From assembly GCF_009914755.1 (NCBI RefSeq), contig NC_060937.1: a stretch of 64,000 nucleotides of DNA. One strand, 5' to 3'. This stretch comes from the human T2T-CHM13v2.0 reference genome, Homo sapiens. The notes beneath the pieces were generated by a model that was not told where the DNA came from, searched no databases, and saw nothing but the letters and a program-made list of their open reading frames with translations. A program made the translations under genes and the position numbers. This document shows positions 58,566 to 64,000 of this stretch, piece by piece. Positions within the stretch are counted from its first letter, which is position 1, and every line of letters begins with the position of its first letter.

Positions 58566-60366
58566 GAGGAATATATAGCAATAGTGCATAGTACTACCTT
58601 TAAAATTAAAAAATACAGTAAATATATAACTTCTAACTTATTTGTTGACTCAGATTCACAAATTACATTGGATCCCAATGTTCTAAAATTTTAGTATATT
58701 AATTACATTGGTATTAGTACAGTCTTACATCTTCAAATTAAGTTTTTTTTTTTCAGCCACTTTGGATTAGATTTTTCATCTCTGGAATGATTTGCTTTTG
58801 GAAATAACTTCGTTTTCCTTTACATAGTAATGGAGTGAGGGAGAGAAAATGCATTGCCATGACGCTAGATTAGTGCAGAGCCTACAACTGCTTTTTTCAT
58901 GACAGTAACATAAGGCTGCTTCAGGTGTGTGACTGAAAGAAAGAAAGAGTTAAAGAAGAAACGCAAAATTCTAGAAAATAAAATACATAGGTCACCGAAG
59001 GCAAAATTGCGGTGGAAAGATGAAAAGAAATGACAGTTGGTGATGGTGAACCTCTGTCTGTGAAGGGAAAACACTCTGAAAATACCCAAGCAGAGAGACT
59101 GCCAAGGTGTGGATGGAGTCCCTCATCTCTCTGGGAAAATGTCCTTCTTCTTAGAAACAGAAGAGGTAAACTAGAAGACAGTGACAGTGCCTCTTTTCCA
59201 GCTGTAAATGGCTGTTCTCATATTAATACCTCAATTGTGGTTCCAGAGTGTAGGCTAAGGAGTACAGTAGCAAAGCATATATGAGATACCCCGTGACAGG
59301 CTGACAGGGAGAAAAGAGCCCAAATAAACATCTCACTAAAGTAAGAGTACTAAGAATTTCCACAATCAGGGTTATCACTCAAGTTCAAAAAAATAAAATA
59401 TAACTTATAAGAGCCTTGGAAACATTTAGGAAGAAAGACATCAAACAATAAATGAGAAGTAAGCATTCTTTTTCTTTCTTTTTAAAAATTAGCACAAAAA
59501 GGAAACATATTCATATGTTGTTAATTTTGTTTGTCAGAAAGATGGTTATAGAACCTGAAAAATTTCATTCAAAATATTATAATCAAGAAAATTAAGGTGT
59601 TAATATGTGCATCCATATGTATATAGGCACATTATATGCATATATGTTATTTATATGACATATAGGATGAATATATCAATATGAAATATAGTATTGAAGT
59701 TGACTTATTTCTCACAATAAGCATATAACATATATAGTATAACTTACCTAATGTCTATGCACATTGAAAGTGATAGAGAAGAAAACTTGATACATTTGCA
59801 TATTTTATATACATCGTGCTTTATCCATATTATTAGCATATATGCAGTACAGAAAATGAAGTCAATATTAAATCTGGCAAATGATATTTGGTACTGCAGT
59901 GGTGTTTTAAAAAACACTCATGGAAGAAAGAACAAAGAAGGAAACTTAATGATGGTTTTACTTAAAAAACCAGCAAATAATTAAGAAAATAAAATGGCAA
60001 GTCATTTCAAAATATTTTATTAATCCACCATCTCTGTATTTTTGTAGTTTATCTTTCTTACACCAAAAGTGAATGCATAGATGCAGTATTTTTCTATCAG
60101 TAAATTATTGATTCATTTAAAATGTTTATTTTATAGAAAATGATATGCAATTGCCATAGAAAATGATATGCAATTGCCATAGAAAATCTAGAAAATATTG
60201 AACTGTTTTATAAGCATAAACATGTCTTCCAATCTAATCTGCAGTCTTAGTATTTTGGTATGTTTCTTTTAAGTGTTTCTGGGAAGTATTTTGCATAGTG
60301 ATTAAGAGAATGGACTCTAGTCAGATTGTCTGGACTTAAAATTTCAACTCACCAAACTGGGGCAGG

Positions 60367-61027
60367 TTTTTTGTTTTTGTTTTTATTTTTGATAGGGTGT
60401 CACTGATATGGTTTGGCTGTGTCCCCGCCCAAATCTCATCTTGAATTGTAACCCCCCACAATTCCCACCTGTTGAGGGAGTAACCTGGTGGAAGTGATTG
60501 AATCATGGGGGCGGGCCTTTCCCGTGCTGTTCTTATGATAGTGAATAAGTCTCACAAGATCCAGTGGTTTTAAAAACGAGAGTCCCCCTGCACAAGCTCT
60601 CTTGTCGGCCGCCATGTGAGACATGGCTTTCACCTTCCCCCATGAGTGTGAGGCCTCCCCAGCCATGTGGAACTGTGAGACCTTTAAACCTCTTTTTCTG
60701 TATAAATTACCCAGTCTTGGGTGTACCTTTAACAGCAGCATCAAAATGGATTAATACAGTCACTTTGTCACCCAGGCTGGAGTGCAATGGCCCATTCTCA
60801 GCTCACTGCAACCCCTGCCTCCCAGGCTCAAGGACTCCTCCTGTTAGCCTCCTGAGTAGCTGGGACCACAGAGGCACACTACAATACCCAGCTAAATGTT
60901 TGTTTTTTGATGGAGATGAGGTTTCAACATGTTGCCCAGGCTGGTCTCAAACTCCTGAACTCAAACTATCCTCCTGCCTCAGCTTCCCAACCTGCTGGGG
61001 TCACAGGCATGATCCACATGCCCAGCC
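60367..61027 (-). mobile_element. AluJ split by a THE1B LTR
   Basis: Tail, gatagggtgtcac | THE1 | tttgtcacccaggctgg…ctcctgaactcaaactatcctcc…catgcccagcc. TSD tggggca(g/a)gtt. Confidence 0.88.
60404..60758 (+). mobile_element. THE1B-like MaLR solo LTR
   Basis: tgatatggtttggctgtgtcccc...gggcctttcccgtgctgttc...aatggattaataca, 355 bp. Exact 5-bp TSD gtcac. Confidence 0.93.
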
Positions 61028-61349
61028 TGGGGCAAGTTATTGAATGTCTCTGGGCCTCAGTTTCCTGATCTCCGAAATGTGAATCCATATCTCCATGTTC
61101 TTGTATGAGTTAAATGAGACCAAAAATACATAGTATTTAAAGTCATGCCTGGAACATAGTAAGCACAGAATAGGTAAAGTGACTCATGTTCTGTGCCTGT
61201 GAAAGAATCTCAGTTTAGGCCTCCTGTCCTAGACTATAAATATGAAGCCCTCTTTCACTCTCAGTAGTGCCCTTGTGTGGACGATTAATTTTATAGTCAC
61301 CCTGTATGTGAAAAATTGCTATTATTTTTTTCAAGGCATATGCATGGCC

Positions 61350-61680
61350 TTGATTTTACACGGTTGAGGTACTATTATATTAACAGTTTTAATCTTGTTT
61401 TTATCACCTTTATAGGATGTAGTCAGAATTTTCCTATTTCAATCCATTTTTTATTAATAATTTTTAACATTTGTATATGATCCCCTGGAATGAATATTCC
61501 ATAATTCATGTATATGTCTATGTATATGTCTATTGTTTTTAATTTGGCCTACCAAAATAGTGCTGTGATGAACATCTATGCCCATATATTTTGACTACCC
61601 TTCTGTTGAATTTCTTACGATGGTAAATTTAAATTATTGAGACAAAAGCAATGCACATTTGTTAGGATTTTGATAATGGT
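61350..61680 (-). mobile_element. Ancient L1M 3' fragment
   Basis: gaatattccataattcatg...tagtgctgtgatgaacatc...aaattattgagacaaaag. Confidence 0.5.
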
Positions 61681-62751
61681 GTGTATCTTAAGCCATGGAG
61701 AATTCTGAAATACAGCTTAGGCAAGAAATAAGGCAACCAAACTACCTCTGCCCAGGGTTTTGCTGAAAGTGCATTTCAGAGTTAAAATTACATAGAAACT
61801 TAGGTTGATTCTTTCATTTGACCTTTATTTGCTGAATGGCCTTTTTATCTTATGTTGGTAATGATATTCAAGTTTCTTTTCTGCTTGGTATCCCTACACC
61901 ATATCCTAGCTGTCATTTTGTGCTAATTTTCCATAAATTATCTAGCAAAAACAAACCACTCAATAACAAAGGATGAATTGAGTGTATGCCCCTTTGACTT
62001 ATGATTTCTGGAGCTGGAGATCTCCTGTGACTAAAGGAAAATATTCAGCACATCAGTGTGTGTCAAACATCAGTTCTGAAATTATCAGGTAATCTCAAAT
62101 CTCCAAGGCTGTTGCTGTGGGTTTCAATAGATTTGCAGAGTTGTTTTAAAGGAAATAGGAAATGTCAGACTTGTGTCTCTAAGGTTTGGTCTCCTGAGTA
62201 ATGGCTTGTATATGTCCTTTATTGGATGCCCTTTTGTCTACACAAAGCAGAAATATTAGGTTTGCTTGGAATCTGTGCTCTCATATTTGATTCTGATGAG
62301 GCTTGACAATTTCATATCTTTCCTTTGTTTGCATCTTCCCCGTGTAGTAACTTCTGCTTTTGTAGTTACCTTTAAAACACGTTAGGTACTTTTAAACAGG
62401 AATTAATACTTTATGGGAACACTAGATTGAGGTACGCTTAAAATGATATATTTTTGTTTTAATCAAGAGAATAAAAAATAAGAACTGAGATTTTAGAAAA
62501 GTTCAGATTGTATTGGATTTATAATTTCAAAGAGAGATACTACTTAATAGGATGTTTTGTGGTAATAAATGTGTTTATATTTCATTTCTTCATGTTATTG
62601 AACATTTTTTTCCTCCAATAACATTTCTGTTTGTTCTCCATTTCTGTTTTATAGGATTGAAACTGCCATTTCTGAAATATTTCCTTCTTTATTGTTTCTT
62701 GCAACTTTTTCTCTTCTTGAATCATATTATTTAGAATTTAAATTTGGAATA

Positions 62752-62923
62752 TTTATTTTTAACTTCTTATTTTGAAATAATTACAGACTCAAAAAATAAA
62801 TTTCAAGCAAAATACAGAGGAACTCCATGTATTTGTCACCCAGCTTCCCCCAACAATATTTTACATAGCTACAGTGCATTGTCAAAACCAGGAAATTCAT
62901 ATTGGCATAACACAATTAACTAG
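62752..62923 (-). mobile_element. L1M (MD/ME-like) 3' terminus, cut by the THE1A insertion
   Basis: ttattttgaaataattacagactc...cacccagcttccccc...gtcaaaaccaggaaatt. Confidence 0.7.
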
Positions 62924-63268
62924 TGATGTGGTTTGGCTTTGTCTCCACCCAAGTCTCAACTTGAATTGTATCTCCCAGAATTCCCACATGTTGTGGGAGG
63001 GACCCAGGGGGAGGTAATTGAATCATTGAGGGGAGTCTTTCCTGTGCTATTCTCATGACAGTGAATAAGTCTCAGGAGATCTGATGGGTTTATCAGGGGT
63101 TTCCACTTTTGCTTCTTTTCTCATTTTTCTCTTTCCCCTGTCATGTAAGAAGTGCCTTTCACCTTCTGCTGTGATTCTGAGGCCTCCCCAGTCTTGTGGA
63201 ACTGTAAGTCCACTTAAACTTCCTTTACTTCCCAGTCTTTATCAGCAGCGTGAAAACAGACTAATACA
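62924..63268 (+). mobile_element. THE1A 5' LTR
   Basis: tgatgtggtttggc...gatgggtttatcaggggtttcc (THE1A-type)...cagactaataca. Confidence 0.9.
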
Positions 63269-64000
63269 GTAAATTGGTACCAATAGAGTGGGGCATTGCT
63301 GAAGATACCCAAAAATGTGTTAGCAACTTTGGAACTGGGTAGCAGGCAGAGATTAGAACAGTTCGAAGGGCTCAGAAGAAGACAGGAAAATGTGGGAAAG
63401 TTTGGAACTTCCTAGAGGCTTGTTGAATGGCTTTGCCCAAAATGCTGGTAGCAATACAGACAGTAAAATCCAGGCTGAGGTGGTCTCAGATGAGATGAGG
63501 AAGTAGTTGGGAATTGGAACAAAGGTGACTCTTGTTATGTTATAGTGAAGAAACTGGCAGCATTTTGCCTCTGCCTAGAGATTTGTGGAACTTTGAACTT
63601 GAAAGAAATGATTTAGGGTATCTGGTGGAAAAAATTTCTAAGCAGCAAAGCATTCAAGATGTGACTCGGATGCTGTCAAAGGCATTCAGTTTTGTAAGGG
63701 AAGCAGAACATAAATGTTTGGAAAATTTGCAGCCTGATTATGCTATAGAAAAGAAAAACCCATTTTCGGGGGAGAAATTCAAGCTGGCTGGAGAAATTTG
63801 CATAAGTAGCAAGGAGCCTAATGTTAATCCCCAAGACCATGGGGAATATGTCTCCAGGCCATGTCAGAGACCTTCACAGCAGCCCCTCCCATCACAGGCC
63901 CAGAAGGCCCCAGAGGAAAAAGTAGTTTCATGGGCCAGGCCCAGGGTCCCTGTGCTATATGCAGCCTAAGGACTTGGTGCCCTGTGTCTCAGCCACTCCA
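63269..64000 (+). mobile_element. THE1A internal region (MaLR-int), continuing past the window edge
   Basis: Starts gtaaattggtacc directly after the LTR. ORF 63532-63969 (…PRDLWNFELERNDLGYLVEKISKQQSIQ…) is the degenerate MaLR internal ORF. Confidence 0.92.

Larger units (their letters stand above)
60290..61172 (+). mobile_element. MIR split by AluJ/THE1B (parts 60290-60365 and 61028-61172)
   Basis: atagtgattaagagaatggactctag...ctggggca|agttattgaatgtctctgggcctcagtttcctgatct...gcctggaacatagtaagcac. Confidence 0.75.

Noticed and set aside
58865-59284. ORFs of 74-84 aa in unique purine-rich sequence
   Set aside because: No recognisable domain and no coherent splice or frame structure. The lengths are expected by chance.
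63532-63969. 145-aa ORF as a domesticated gene
   Set aside because: It is part of the THE1-int degenerate ORF with a non-ATG start and appears frameshifted at both ends. No evidence of selection can be seen from the sequence alone.

Overview
This is AT-rich primate genomic DNA, almost certainly human, since it carries a near-consensus AluYa5 and an AluYk11/12-type Alu. It is either intronic or intergenic. I find no credible protein-coding exon, tRNA, rRNA or CRISPR array. The ORF track consists of fragments of Alu, L1 and MaLR elements plus chance ORFs. Roughly half or more of the window is transposon-derived: 16 Alu copies or fragments; old L1M blocks; a 4.15 kb L1PA7-type insertion with a twin-priming 5' inversion; an L1PA2 3' fragment; solo LTRs (MLT2A, MER11, MSTA, MSTB, THE1B); the 5' end of a THE1A provirus; Tigger3, Tigger4b, MER20 and MER47 DNA transposon remnants; and MIR/L2 relics. 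I do not see a new multi-gene biological system. The best second-look signals are mutational and structural: a template-switch hairpin that erased the DUX4-type motif of a THE1 LTR; an AT-rich minisatellite grown from a fold-back of its own LTR flank; a tail-less L1 fragment ending in an inverted copy of itself; two very young Alus that may be polymorphic; nested LTR stacks with intact TSDs; inverted Alu pairs; and a few plus-strand non-coding exon candidates. Repeat subfamily names come from remembered consensus sequences, not from an alignment run, and the boundaries of old repeats are approximate.
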